Assembly (NCBI GenBank): GCA_963702895.1
Contig: OY969767.1
Span: 2,048,001-2,112,000, forward strand
Direction: 5' to 3'
DNA from: an uncultured Elusimicrobia bacterium
Lineage (GTDB): Bacteria > Elusimicrobiota > Elusimicrobia > 2-01-FULL-59-12
Length of the DNA: 64,000 bases
The number at the start of each line of letters is the position of its first letter. Position 1 is the stretch's first letter. The notes below the pieces were generated by a model. That model searched no databases. It was given only the letters and a program-made list of their open reading frames with translations, and was not told the DNA's origin. Below, piece after piece: positions 1 through 9,891 of this stretch. The position numbers and the translations under genes were made by a program.

Positions 1-1524
1 CCCCATGAGGCCATGATGATCTTGACGATTAACCTGGCGATCGCTTTCGTCGAGCAAACGCGGCGCCGCGTCCTGGTGCTGGATGCTGGGCTGCGCTCAG
101 GCGACATGGCACGCGCCTTGGGGCTGACTTCGCCTCCGGCTCAAGAAGCCTTGCACAGGGCCGAGGACCTTCTGGATCTTCAAATTCTTCACAAACTGCT
201 CGCGATCCACCCTTCCGGCTTAGAATTCCTCTCCTTGCCGCCGAAGCTCCTCAAGGAAAGCCTCTTCAACGCGGTCCCTTCGTTTATGAGCTTTCTCAAA
301 GACCATTATGATTTCGTTTTGACCCTGGCCCCCGTCGAGAAGGACCCTTTGAGCCAGATGCTGCTTCAGGAGTCGGACCATATTTTCTTCATCTCCTGGG
401 ACCAAGCGGACGATCTCGTGACACCCTCTCACGAAACGCTGCAGAACAATATGAAGGACCCGACGATCCCCGTGCAAACCGTCCGTCTGCTCCATCCCAG
501 CCGCGCCCTGGCAGGCACGGCAACGGCTGATTTTCGTGTCCCCTGGAGCGAACTGTATCATCAACCCTTTCGCGAGAGCGGGTCCCCTTATCTTCCGATG
601 GCCATCGCGAAGCCAGCGGTGGCGGCGCTTGAGCGCATCGCCCGCACCTTGGCGCATCTTCAGGTGGGCCTGGCGATGGGCTCCGGCGCGGCTTATGGTT
701 ATGCCTTGATCGGGATTCTCAAGGTCTTCGAAAGAGAGGGCATCCCGATCGACATGGTGGCCGGCACCTCGATGGGAGCCTTGCTGGGTAGTTTTTACTG
801 CGCGGGGAAATCCCCTGAGGAGATCCGCGAGATCGCAAAAACCATAACCAAACATTGGTTGCGCCACAACATCTTGGGTGATCTCACTTTTCCTCATGGA
901 GGGTTCCTCGCAGGACAAACCTTAAGCGCCTTCTTGCGCAGCGTTCTGGGTCATGTGGAATTTAGCCAATTGCATCGGCCTTTCGCCGCCATTGCGACCG
1001 ACATCCGCTACGGTGAAGAGGTGGTGATCCGGGAAGGGCGTGTCGCCGACGCCGTCCGCGCCTCCACGTCCCTCCCCATTATTTTCAGGCCCTTCCTCCA
1101 CAGAGGGCACTATTTGGTCGATGGCGGTCTCACGAACCCCGTGCCGACGTCCGTGGTCGCCAAGATGGGCGCTGATATTCTGGTTTCGGTAAACCTGACG
1201 GCAAAGCCTTCCGTCCGTCGAGGTCTTGCCAGCGAAAAAAAGATATTCCCCCTTGCCCCACGCTCCCCCGGCATGGCGGAGGTGTTCTTCAAGATGCTCT
1301 ACACCATGCAGTACGAGATCGCTCAAGCCAGGACCGAAATCGCTCATGTGGTGATCGCGCCGGACATGCACGACTTTCTCTGGACGGAATTTCATAGGTC
1401 AGAGGAGATTTCGAAGGTGGGCGAAGCGGCCGCAGAGGAGGCGGTCGCCAAGGTCAAAGCCCACCTGCCTTTCTTCTCGGACTACTGTAAAGTTCCTCTC
1501 GGGATTTCTCTTCGGGCTTACTAA
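1..1524 (+). CDS. MinD/ParA-like domain fused to patatin-like phospholipase (RssA/NTE family); probably 5'-truncated by window edge
   Basis: Frame is open from base 1. The N-part has NLAIA...RVLVLDA (MinD-like, P-loop presumably upstream). The C-part has patatin motifs GSGAAYG, GTSMG and DGG. Confidence 0.8.
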   Translation, partial: PHEAMMILTINLAIAFVEQTRRRVLVLDAGLRSGDMARALGLTSPPAQEALHRAEDLLDLQILHKLLAIHPSGLEFLSLPPKLLKESLFNAVPSFMSFLKDHYDFVLTLAPVEKDPLSQMLLQESDHIFFISWDQADDLVTPSHETLQNNMKDPTIPVQTVRLLHPSRALAGTATADFRVPWSELYHQPFRESGSPYLPMAIAKPAVAALERIARTLAHLQVGLAMGSGAAYGYALIGILKVFEREGIPIDMVAGTSMGALLGSFYCAGKSPEEIREIAKTITKHWLRHNILGDLTFPHGGFLAGQTLSAFLRSVLGHVEFSQLHRPFAAIATDIRYGEEVVIREGRVADAVRASTSLPIIFRPFLHRGHYLVDGGLTNPVPTSVVAKMGADILVSVNLTAKPSVRRGLASEKKIFPLAPRSPGMAEVFFKMLYTMQYEIAQARTEIAHVVIAPDMHDFLWTEFHRSEEISKVGEAAAEEAVAKVKAHLPFFSDYCKVPLGISLRAY

Positions 1525-1547
1525 CCATAAATCTTCGATTCTACGTA

Positions 1548-1640
1548 CCCCCCCTCTCCCGGCGTAAGACGGGAGAGGGCGGGGGTGAGGGCTAATCGTG
1601 CCCTCATCCTAGCCTTCTCCCGCCTTCGGCGGGAGAAGGA
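1548..1640. repeat. REP-like palindromic element (CCCTCTCCC/GGGAGAGGG-CCCTCA family) between convergent genes
   Basis: Hairpins ctctcccg-gcgtaaga-cgggagag and ccttctcccgcc-ttc-ggcgggagaagg. The first hairpin recurs reverse-complemented near 31572-31594. Confidence 0.7.
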
Positions 1641-1706
1641 ACAATAAAGGACGGGTTTGTCCATCGGTCATAAGGGGAACGACATGCCGGGATGACAGCC
1701 TAAAAC

Positions 1707-2870
1707 CTACTTCGTGTCGGGATGGGTGTCCGGTTCGTTGTGTTTGAGCGCGGCTTTTCGGCGGGCCATTTCTTCATTGGCGGTGCGCCGGAGTCCTGAT
1801 TCCAGCTGTTTGAGGGACGTCCGGAGTGCTTCTTCTTCTCTTCGAAAACGGGCCGAGAGCTCCGCCTCACGCCTGGCCGCTTGCTGTTCCAACTCAAGGC
1901 GCTTGACCTCCAGCGCCCCTTCTTTTGCTTGCAGATCGGCCAAATACTTTTCGCGAAGGGCGGTTTCCTTTTCCTGAAAGAGAGTCTCAAGGGCCTTTTC
2001 TTTTTCGGCGCGCGCTGCCTCGAGACCCTGCAGTTTTTGTTCATACATGGACTGAAGTTCCAGCCGTTCCTGATGGAGCGACCCCAGGCGGGACTGGTAT
2101 TGCGCCTGCCATGTTGATTCGGTTTGCGCGCGCGCCTGCTCCATCTGCTTCCAGGCTTCTTCCTCGCGCGCGCGCCAGAGCGCTTCCAGCTCCTGCCGTT
2201 TGCGATGGAATTCTGTTTGCCATGTTTCTTCTCGCGCCGCTCGCTCCACCTCGGTGCGCTGCAGAGCATCTTTCAATTCTGTCTTCTCTTTAGCCCACTG
2301 CGCTTTGAGCTCCCGAACCTCTCGATCTTTTTCACTTTGAGCGACCTCGAGGGCTTCTTGGAGGGTATGCCTGGACCGCTCTAAGATGGAGATGATCTCC
2401 GACTGGGCCCTGTGCTCAAAGGCGATTTTTTCCTGCTCAAGCCTCTGCACATCGCGCTCTCGGTCATCATGCATCTCTTTGACCCTGGCCAGTTCCGCTT
2501 CCCTGAGCTCGCGCGCCTTTTGCCACTCTTGCAGAAGGGTTTGCAGTTTTGTGATCTGGGCTTGCCACTTCTCATGCTCTTCGGCCGCGATCTCCTGTCG
2601 CAGTTGCGAGGAGAGCTCGGACTTATACTCCTGAAGAAGCGTCTGACTCTCTTGCCAACGGTCGTGGATCTCGGAGAGGCGCTGTTCCATCGTTTCGACG
2701 CGCGCCTTCCAGGCTTTTTCGCGCACGACCAGTTCCTGATTCTCCGATTTGAGGCTGGTCATCATGTCCTGAAGGTTTCGTAAAGACGCGACGGCTCCGC
2801 GCAGGGCGAGCCTTGCCGTATCAAGGTCAGACACGTCGTGAGAAGAGGAGGGCTCTTCGCTAGCGCTCAT
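1707..2870 (-). CDS. Long coiled-coil protein, function unknown
   Basis: 387-aa E/Q/K/R/L-rich heptad sequence. Its start overlaps the stop of the upstream gene. Confidence 0.75.
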   Translation of the reverse strand: MSASEEPSSSHDVSDLDTARLALRGAVASLRNLQDMMTSLKSENQELVVREKAWKARVETMEQRLSEIHDRWQESQTLLQEYKSELSSQLRQEIAAEEHEKWQAQITKLQTLLQEWQKARELREAELARVKEMHDDRERDVQRLEQEKIAFEHRAQSEIISILERSRHTLQEALEVAQSEKDREVRELKAQWAKEKTELKDALQRTEVERAAREETWQTEFHRKRQELEALWRAREEEAWKQMEQARAQTESTWQAQYQSRLGSLHQERLELQSMYEQKLQGLEAARAEKEKALETLFQEKETALREKYLADLQAKEGALEVKRLELEQQAARREAELSARFRREEEALRTSLKQLESGLRRTANEEMARRKAALKHNEPDTHPDTK

Positions 2871-4813
2871 TAGAAATTTGCGGCGGGACGCAGTTGCCGT
2901 TGGAGGCGGGCCTTCTGCTTCTGCATGACCTTCTCGAACCGATCAATTTCACGCAACACCTTGGAGAGGGGCTCCAGTGTCCTGCCCTGTGCGATGTTAT
3001 GCCATGTTTCGAGCTTGTATTCATCCATCCCAATCAGAATCTCTTCGACCATCGCCAAAAGGGCCGGTGCCAGACCTGGGATCCGCCGCAAGAGAACCGC
3101 GGAGAGACGTCCCACCTCTGAGCCGACCTCCTCCTGCTGGGCGGCGGGACGAGGAACGACCGCTAAATCATGGAAGAGTGCCGCCAAGGCCATGGCATAA
3201 CGGTGCTCGGGTGAGGCACCGGCTTCCTCAGCGCCGGTCAGGGCCATCAAGACCGTCCGCGCGACATGGGCCGGGAGATTCCCGGGCTCCACGGACCTCG
3301 CGAGGTAGCGCGCGAGCACATCATGGCCCTCGGGTAGAAACTCACTCGACTCCTGCAAAAGCGGGCTGACCGATTCCAACACCCCTTCCGGCGCCTGCAG
3401 GGCAGGCGAGTAAAGAAGTTTGGCGACTTCCACCCATCGCTCATAGAGGGAGGCCGCCTTTTGCGTCAAGGGATCGGCAGGGAGCTCCGGCGTGACCACT
3501 TCGAGCGCGACCGCGCTCGGAGGCGGTTCCGGGACGGAGGACGCCGTTGGTTGAGCCGATGGGACTTTCCACAAGCCATCGAGAGGCAAAGGTTCGGAGA
3601 CGATCTTCTTCGACTTTTTGGCGCGCCTCATCACGACACCCAGAAGGGCCACCGCCAGAACGCCTCCGGCCAGAACAGGCCAGCCCTCCACCCGCCGGGG
3701 CCATGTCGGCTTCTGGAACGGACGCGCTAAGGTCCATAAGGATTTGGCTTGTTTCTCTTCCTTCGCCAGCGCCTCTGCGCGGCGGCCGAGGTAGCCCATC
3801 CAGACTTTGGTCTCATTGATCTGACGATCATAAATCGAGAGTTTCTCGGTCAATCGGGTGGATCGGCGCCCTGTTTTTCCAAGCAATTCTTTAATTTGTT
3901 GACCCAACTGAGCGATATCGGTGTGCGTCGGGTAATTTTCAATCAAGAGGTTCCTGCGGGCTTTTAAGGACTCAATTTGGGCGATGAGCTGCGCGTTCGG
4001 CGTGGTCGGGACGGGGCCCATGAGGAGCGCCTTGCGTTCAAGAGCAAGCTGCTTCAAATTTGTCTCGAGGTTCTGTTGCTGTTTCTGGAACGTTACCACC
4101 TTCTTGTGGAGGGCGTCCTTTTCTCGGGCCAGAGAAGACGCGATGACCGCTTGGACGACCCTGCTTAAGCGCTCCATCAGCTTGCCTGGCATGGACGCCG
4201 TGCCACGGACGAGTATCTGAGGCGGCTCGCCAGGGACCTTTTCGAGGGTCGCCTCCGCCAATGGAATGGAAGGGTCCGCACGAAGTTGTCCCACTTCTTC
4301 TTCCAGATTCTTGGGGTCCCCCCCATAAACGAGGGTGGCTTCTGATTCAAACCTCAACCGTGGAAGGCGCAGATATTGAGGTTTCAAGAAGGAGTGGAAA
4401 TCGATCGATTTTTTGGCGGGGGCCTGGGCTTGCGTGCGGGCCAACTCCAGCTTCTGGTTCAGTGCCGTGTATTCCGCTTCCAGTTGCGGCAGTTTCTCGA
4501 GCGCCGTGCGCATGGTGGCAATTTGCTCATCCAGGATTTTGATGTCCGGGTGCCCGTTGGGATAATGGCGAAGGAGCTGGTTTTTTCGTCCTTCAAGATC
4601 GATCATACGACCCGCGAGAGATCCGCCGGGACGCAGCTGCTTAATACGAACGATAAATTCTTGCTTTTGAGCGGAAAGGCGCTCGACTTCAGGGCTCGTC
4701 GCGGCTCGTGCATGGGCTTCCTTAATAATAAATGGGGAGTAGCTGGGCCACCACCGGACCCCAAGAATTCCGACGATCACCACCAGGACAACGAAAATTA
4801 GGATTTTCTTCAT
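2870..4813 (-). CDS. Wzz/GumC (polysaccharide co-polymerase)-like membrane protein with C-terminal degenerate HD-like domain
   Basis: N-terminal TM, coiled coils with YPNGHPDI and YPTHTDI motifs, Pro-rich segment before a second TM (WPVLAGGVLAVALLGVVM), then a cytoplasmic H...LAALFHDL segment. SD AGGAGG upstream. Confidence 0.6.
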   Translation of the reverse strand: MKKILIFVVLVVIVGILGVRWWPSYSPFIIKEAHARAATSPEVERLSAQKQEFIVRIKQLRPGGSLAGRMIDLEGRKNQLLRHYPNGHPDIKILDEQIATMRTALEKLPQLEAEYTALNQKLELARTQAQAPAKKSIDFHSFLKPQYLRLPRLRFESEATLVYGGDPKNLEEEVGQLRADPSIPLAEATLEKVPGEPPQILVRGTASMPGKLMERLSRVVQAVIASSLAREKDALHKKVVTFQKQQQNLETNLKQLALERKALLMGPVPTTPNAQLIAQIESLKARRNLLIENYPTHTDIAQLGQQIKELLGKTGRRSTRLTEKLSIYDRQINETKVWMGYLGRRAEALAKEEKQAKSLWTLARPFQKPTWPRRVEGWPVLAGGVLAVALLGVVMRRAKKSKKIVSEPLPLDGLWKVPSAQPTASSVPEPPPSAVALEVVTPELPADPLTQKAASLYERWVEVAKLLYSPALQAPEGVLESVSPLLQESSEFLPEGHDVLARYLARSVEPGNLPAHVARTVLMALTGAEEAGASPEHRYAMALAALFHDLAVVPRPAAQQEEVGSEVGRLSAVLLRRIPGLAPALLAMVEEILIGMDEYKLETWHNIAQGRTLEPLSKVLREIDRFEKVMQKQKARLQRQLRPAANF

Positions 4814-4828
4814 AAAACCTCCTGCCTT

Positions 4829-4856
4829 AGCCTAGCTGGATTAGCGCTATTTTCAA
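4829..4856 (-). promoter_or_regulatory. Putative sigma70-type promoter TTGAAA-N16-TAGGCT
   Basis: Read directly upstream of the SD of 2870..4813. The same motif recurs at 15546, 27317 and 30560. Confidence 0.5.
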
Positions 4857-4858
4857 CC

Positions 4859-7171
4859 TTAATTTGCACTCTGAAGCTCTTCATCAAAGGTGGCCTCAAA
4901 CTCCTGATAAGCCAGCCTGCAATCGAGATTGGCCTGCTGGCAGCTGGCGAGGATTTTCTTTAACAGCTTGATGCGTTCGGCGATCGTAGCGCCTGCAGCG
5001 ACCTTGCGGGAGTACTGCAACAACGCCTTTTCATAGCGAATTTGCGACTCGGAGCGCATTTCTTGGGCCTTTTGGGCGGTCGGCGGTTTTGGCGCCACCT
5101 CGGGCACCGTGACGACTGGTTTTGGCGCAGGCGCTGCCTTCGCAGGACCTGCGGTTCGGATAGGTTCTGGCGGCTCATGCTCATAGCGGATCGCTTTGTT
5201 CACAATCCGTTGGAGGGACGCGATTCCATCATTCATCGACATCCCCTGTGCGGGCAAGGACCGCTGGTAGTTCCAGGCCAGGTGCAGCCAAGCCATGTAA
5301 CGCAAGTCCCGCGCGTCTTGGAGGTTCCAGGGACGATTCACCAGGATGTTTTCCAGATACTTCTCCAGGGTGCGCATCAGATAATTCACGCGCTCAGGCT
5401 CTGAGGCTTGGCGCGATCGCAAGTGCGCGTAATAATTCTTTGTGTTCTGCAGTTCATCTTCCAGGTCCATAAACTCCGTGAGTTCCTTCTGAGAGCTCTC
5501 GAAGTAGCTCTTCCAAAGATCGAACTGGGCCTCAAAAGCACCGACACGATGCGCGGACGGCGCCATGAGCAGCGAAGAAACACGCACCAGGAGCTCCTCG
5601 ATGTTTTTCACTTGGGGCACGGGCGACACTCCCAGCGGTCGCGCAGCCGTCAGAGGCACCTGAAGATCTTCCAAAGTCACCGTGGGTGTCGTGGTTGTTG
5701 GGTCCTCCATGATCCCCTTCATCGCTTTGTCCGAAGGCGGCTCTATCTTGGGCGCTTCTTTTGCGAGATGCCCGAGCATCATCTCTGCAGTGACCTGTTC
5801 TTCGGAAGGCGTTCCCGCTCCGGCGCTTGGAGGAATGATGACGATGACGGCAGATCCCGGCTGAGCGGATTTTTGGGCTTGAGCAATCAGCTTCGAAACG
5901 TCTGACACGGATTGAGGCGCCGCGGCTTTTGCCCCTGATGAACCGCGTTGGGGCTGTCCCTGGATCAGCTGTTCCATCTCATTCAGTTCCTGGGCATAGG
6001 CCGAAGACGGCGTCTTGCGAGGTTTTTGCGTCACAGACTTTGGCGTGGCTTTCTTTGCGACAAGTAATTCACCAAGCACGACTGACTCTTCTTTCTTGGG
6101 CTCTTCTTTTTTGGTCTCTTTTTGCCTTGCTTTCAGGATGGGCTGGGCCGGCGCCTCGGGCACACCAAAGCGATAGCTCATCGAGAACCGATGTGTCCCG
6201 GAGGTATCGCCCAGCGTGATGCCGCCCAGATTAAAGACGAACGTATAGTCAAAACCGAGGGCCCCCATCTCATAGCCGCCTCCGAGCGCAAGCTGACGAT
6301 ACTGGCGACTTCCGGCGGCCAAAGACCCGCGGACCGCGACGCGGTCCCCGCCGATCAAACTCCACTTGCGTTCCGCGGCACCGGTCGCGATCGTGTCGCT
6401 CTGGTTGGAGAGTGTTTGCCGTCTTTGCAGGGCACCGGCAAAGCTCAGGTAGCGATTGCGGGCGTAGGAGATGGCCAGTCTTGTCGTGCGCGGGACAATT
6501 TCATGATCAGCGCTTGAGAGCGCGATATTGGGCTCATTGATGTCCTGGAGCGAGAGCGCCAGCGTCGTCTTATCCGTCCACCGGTACAGGGCGCCCAGGT
6601 CCGCGGAGTAGGCGGTGTTCGAGTGGCCGTTTTGCGTGAAGAAGTCGGGCGTGCCGGATTGAACGTTGCCGTTGTTGTCGACGATGATCTGGGGCACGCC
6701 AAAGGAGTGATAAAGCTGCTTGAGGGCCCCGCCAATGGCAATCTTGGACGTCAGCCACTCCCCGTAGCCTAAGGAGAGCGTGCGCTCCTTATAGAGGTCG
6801 TCGAGCCCGAACTGTTTCCAACTTACGGCCAGCGTCCCACCCCAGGACACGGGCTGGCCGTAAGCCAGATAGGTCTGTGATAAATTGGAGCCGTCGGAGA
6901 GGCCCGCGAAGAGTTTCGCGTACTCGGACGTGACTTCTTTCTGCCGGACGCGGGCCAAGGCCGCCGGGTTGTAGGCGAGAGACAGCACGTCATCGCCCAT
7001 CACCACATAGGTGTCACCCAGCGCGGTGCCGCGGGCGCCCGTCCCCTTATCCTCAAACGCCGCGTGGACGGGTACGGCAAACAGCGTAAATAGTGAATAG
7101 AAAATAGGAAGCGCAAGCGCTTGAACTATTGACCATTTACCATTCACGATGTTTGCCTTTGCTGTCATCAT
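4859..7171 (-). CDS. Outer-membrane beta-barrel (PorV/FadL/UPF0164-like) with long Pro-rich linker and C-terminal helical region
   Basis: Signal peptide ending VHA, then GARGTALG...DDVLSLAYNPAAL (PorV/FadL-like N-terminal motif), amphipathic strands ending THRFSMSYRFG, and a ~430-aa extension. Confidence 0.7.
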   Translation of the reverse strand: MMTAKANIVNGKWSIVQALALPIFYSLFTLFAVPVHAAFEDKGTGARGTALGDTYVVMGDDVLSLAYNPAALARVRQKEVTSEYAKLFAGLSDGSNLSQTYLAYGQPVSWGGTLAVSWKQFGLDDLYKERTLSLGYGEWLTSKIAIGGALKQLYHSFGVPQIIVDNNGNVQSGTPDFFTQNGHSNTAYSADLGALYRWTDKTTLALSLQDINEPNIALSSADHEIVPRTTRLAISYARNRYLSFAGALQRRQTLSNQSDTIATGAAERKWSLIGGDRVAVRGSLAAGSRQYRQLALGGGYEMGALGFDYTFVFNLGGITLGDTSGTHRFSMSYRFGVPEAPAQPILKARQKETKKEEPKKEESVVLGELLVAKKATPKSVTQKPRKTPSSAYAQELNEMEQLIQGQPQRGSSGAKAAAPQSVSDVSKLIAQAQKSAQPGSAVIVIIPPSAGAGTPSEEQVTAEMMLGHLAKEAPKIEPPSDKAMKGIMEDPTTTTPTVTLEDLQVPLTAARPLGVSPVPQVKNIEELLVRVSSLLMAPSAHRVGAFEAQFDLWKSYFESSQKELTEFMDLEDELQNTKNYYAHLRSRQASEPERVNYLMRTLEKYLENILVNRPWNLQDARDLRYMAWLHLAWNYQRSLPAQGMSMNDGIASLQRIVNKAIRYEHEPPEPIRTAGPAKAAPAPKPVVTVPEVAPKPPTAQKAQEMRSESQIRYEKALLQYSRKVAAGATIAERIKLLKKILASCQQANLDCRLAYQEFEATFDEELQSAN

Positions 7172-9111
7172 CGGGCGACGACCACGGTTCCCGTGGCACT
7201 CTCCTTTCCGGCCTGGATCTTGTAGAGGTAGACGCCGCTCGGCACGACAGCGCCGTTTCCGTCTCTTCCATCCCAGACCAGGGAGTTGGAAGTCGGCGAG
7301 AGACTGCTGAAGGTGATGTCTCGGACCACGGCACCGCGGATGTCGTAAATCGTTCCGGTCACGGGGTCACCCGACGGGTTGTCGAAGAACCAGAAGACGC
7401 GGTTGTTCTGCGACGGATCGTTGGGCGTGATCACGCGCGGGTAAGGCGAGTTCTGTGAGAGTTTGAAGACGGTTCCAATTTGGGTGGCGCGGACCTGGTA
7501 GATTCCGATGTTCCGAACGCTCACGGCGATCTGCTGGGCCGAGGTCAGGACAGGATCGCTCAGCCGGATGTAAGCGGCGCCGTTGTACCAGTAGACCGAG
7601 ACGATTTGAGCGATCGAACCCGGGCCAGGGTCAAGAAATTTCGTGCGGTAGTGGCCAGTTCCTAAAATTGCTCCAAGGCCCAGCTGGACCTGCATGTCGT
7701 TTCGCGAGAAGGCGAAGTTCGGCAACGGCCTGCCGGACTGAGCCAAATAGGCTTCAACGCGGTAGGACCGCAGGGTGACATCCACTTCGTCCTGGGCTCG
7801 GCGCACAATGACCAGCTCAACATCCTCGCCATAGCCGTTGAACCCAGCGTTCAGTTCATGAAGGAGCGCCGCAGGGACCACCACGCGCGTTGTCGGATCA
7901 TCGGCGGCCACGACAATGCGGTTCTCAAGGGTGTCCACATAATCAGAGGCCGCCGATGTGAAGCCGCCCACACCAACAGCAAAGACGCGGTAGTAATAGG
8001 TCTGTGCCCCCACCGCCTCGGAGTAGCTCAAGGTGTCGGCCCCTAAGGTCCCTACGAGCGTCGGAGTGGATTCAATCGCGTCGTACCGGTAGACCGAATA
8101 GTGGTCAAGAGTGATCGGCAGGTAATCTGTCGCGAGGGTGACGGAACTCCAGCTCACGGTAAAGAGACCCCCCGCATTGGAAGCGACAAGTCCATTGGGC
8201 CGCAAGGGTGTCCGGATGATCTGCAGACGTTCGGCAACGACTTCTGAAGAGGGCGGGCTCTCCCAGGCCGTGCCAGGATAGGTCGGCGCCCCTCGATCAA
8301 GGGCCGTGATGATGTAGTAGTAGGAGGTCCCTAGGACAACCGAGTTGTCGCTATAAGAGGTCCCCGTTGACGAACTGAGCAGAACGTAGCCGGTCCCGCT
8401 CTCTGTGGACCGATAAATTTGGTAGGCATCAAAATCAGGCCCTTTCTGGACCGTAGTGAGGTCGGTCCAGGCAAGGTCAATGGACGAGAGAGTGCCGGTC
8501 GCGCTGAGCCCGCTCGGCGTTCCAGGCACCAGATCAACAGGACTCGCTTGGGCAACCCCAGCGATATCGGACCAGAAATCGAGCGAGACGCCCACATCAT
8601 CGGCGGAACGGACGGCGATGTAATACGTGGCCCCAGGGAACAGTGCCAAGGTGTGGTCGGACCCGGTGCCGGGTGGCCCCAAGGTCCTTGTGACGGCATC
8701 CCCTGGAGACTCTCCGTAAAATCCTTGGGCTGTGAAACCGCCAGCGGTATTCCACCAGGCGGTCGTGCTCCCGCCAACGCTGGCCAGTGAAATCGTTTGG
8801 ATCCTGACTTGGTAGGCCTCAAGCGTACTCCCGGGGAATACGGTCGGCGCTGTCCAATCAAGGCGTAGTTGTCCTTCAACGGCCACAGGCGTGGTCGAAA
8901 GGTCAACAATCGTGGCTGGAGGAACTCCAGCAAACGGCCTGACGCTCAGAGAGGCGTCAACGAATGAAGCGGCATAAACCGGTCCGGGCGGGCCGAGTAA
9001 ACACAAAGCTCCCCCGACGAGCACCAGGTGCCGTATCCAACGCGTTACACGCGCGATGAAATTGTTCTCGCTCGTAAGTGCTCCTTTAACTTCCTTCCAT
9101 AACTCCTCCAC
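7168..9111 (-). CDS. Secreted fibronectin type III repeat protein with C-terminal FlgD-Ig / gliding-motility-type sorting domain
   Basis: FN3 motifs (LDWTAP, YQIYRS...YSD...YYYIITALD). The C-terminus reads PRVITPND...WDGRDGNGAVVPSGVYLYKI...GTVVVAR. Start position uncertain. Confidence 0.75.
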   Translation of the reverse strand: MEELWKEVKGALTSENNFIARVTRWIRHLVLVGGALCLLGPPGPVYAASFVDASLSVRPFAGVPPATIVDLSTTPVAVEGQLRLDWTAPTVFPGSTLEAYQVRIQTISLASVGGSTTAWWNTAGGFTAQGFYGESPGDAVTRTLGPPGTGSDHTLALFPGATYYIAVRSADDVGVSLDFWSDIAGVAQASPVDLVPGTPSGLSATGTLSSIDLAWTDLTTVQKGPDFDAYQIYRSTESGTGYVLLSSSTGTSYSDNSVVLGTSYYYIITALDRGAPTYPGTAWESPPSSEVVAERLQIIRTPLRPNGLVASNAGGLFTVSWSSVTLATDYLPITLDHYSVYRYDAIESTPTLVGTLGADTLSYSEAVGAQTYYYRVFAVGVGGFTSAASDYVDTLENRIVVAADDPTTRVVVPAALLHELNAGFNGYGEDVELVIVRRAQDEVDVTLRSYRVEAYLAQSGRPLPNFAFSRNDMQVQLGLGAILGTGHYRTKFLDPGPGSIAQIVSVYWYNGAAYIRLSDPVLTSAQQIAVSVRNIGIYQVRATQIGTVFKLSQNSPYPRVITPNDPSQNNRVFWFFDNPSGDPVTGTIYDIRGAVVRDITFSSLSPTSNSLVWDGRDGNGAVVPSGVYLYKIQAGKESATGTVVVAR

Positions 9112-9262
9112 AAAGGGACATGATTACCCCATGGGGCGATCTTTCCCCTTCCAAGGACAGCGTGGCGGACCCTCCCGAACTTTCGGGTGATCACGCGGCA
9201 ATGGCCAATGAACCTGCCGTGGCCTTAATGCACTCGTAGCAGCCCTCCTTGAAGGCGTCTCC

Positions 9263-9823
9263 TTACTGCGCCGTTCCGGTGAAACGTACTGTGATTTCCC
9301 GTGCGCTGTTGTCGGCGACACTCGTCGGCATATCCAGCCGGAACCACAGATCAACACTCGGCAATGAGCCGCCGGATGTTGTGACCACCGGACTACTTCC
9401 TCCCAACCCTCGCAGGGGGTTGGCTCCTGTTCCATCGAACAAGTGACTGGCCACGCTAAACGCACCACTGGCTGGACGAACGGCTGCCGTCGCCACGTAG
9501 AGCGCGTACGTATTCGCCGCATTGTTCGGTGAAGCGATCGTAGAGGCGAACCAGCCCGCAGGACTTGATTGCGTCTGGATTCGCTTATCGACCGTCACAT
9601 CCACTGAACCGTTATTCGACAAGCTCAGCGCAGAGGCCGTCACGGTTGTGACACCCACATCCAGCGACCCGAACGCATAAGTGGTCGGCGACAACGTCAG
9701 ATCCACCGTCGCGACAGGCGTGACTGTGATGGTGCCATCAACAGGGTTTGAGGCCCTTGCTTGACTGCTGGCCAGCGTTACGAAGACTCCGCATAGCGCA
9801 AGCCATTTGTGTGAATTACGCAT
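9263..9823 (-). CDS. Secreted pilin-like subunit, divergent paralogue (putative minor subunit)
   Basis: Signal peptide (ARA|S). The mature part aligns along its full length with the 188-aa tandem subunits (NPVDGTITVTPVATVDLTLSPTTYAFG...LWFRLDMP...REITVRFTG). Confidence 0.7.
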   Translation of the reverse strand: MRNSHKWLALCGVFVTLASSQARASNPVDGTITVTPVATVDLTLSPTTYAFGSLDVGVTTVTASALSLSNNGSVDVTVDKRIQTQSSPAGWFASTIASPNNAANTYALYVATAAVRPASGAFSVASHLFDGTGANPLRGLGGSSPVVTTSGGSLPSVDLWFRLDMPTSVADNSAREITVRFTGTAQ

Positions 9824-9891
9824 GCATACTCACCCCCCTATTCACATGGTTGTCCTCTCATCGAGGAGTCCTTTTCCATCTGGACTCCCTC

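Noticed and set aside
9112..9262. Possible riboswitch (e.g. c-di-GMP) upstream of the FN3 gene
   Set aside because: Only small hairpins are present and no consensus I can recognise. An Rfam search would settle it.
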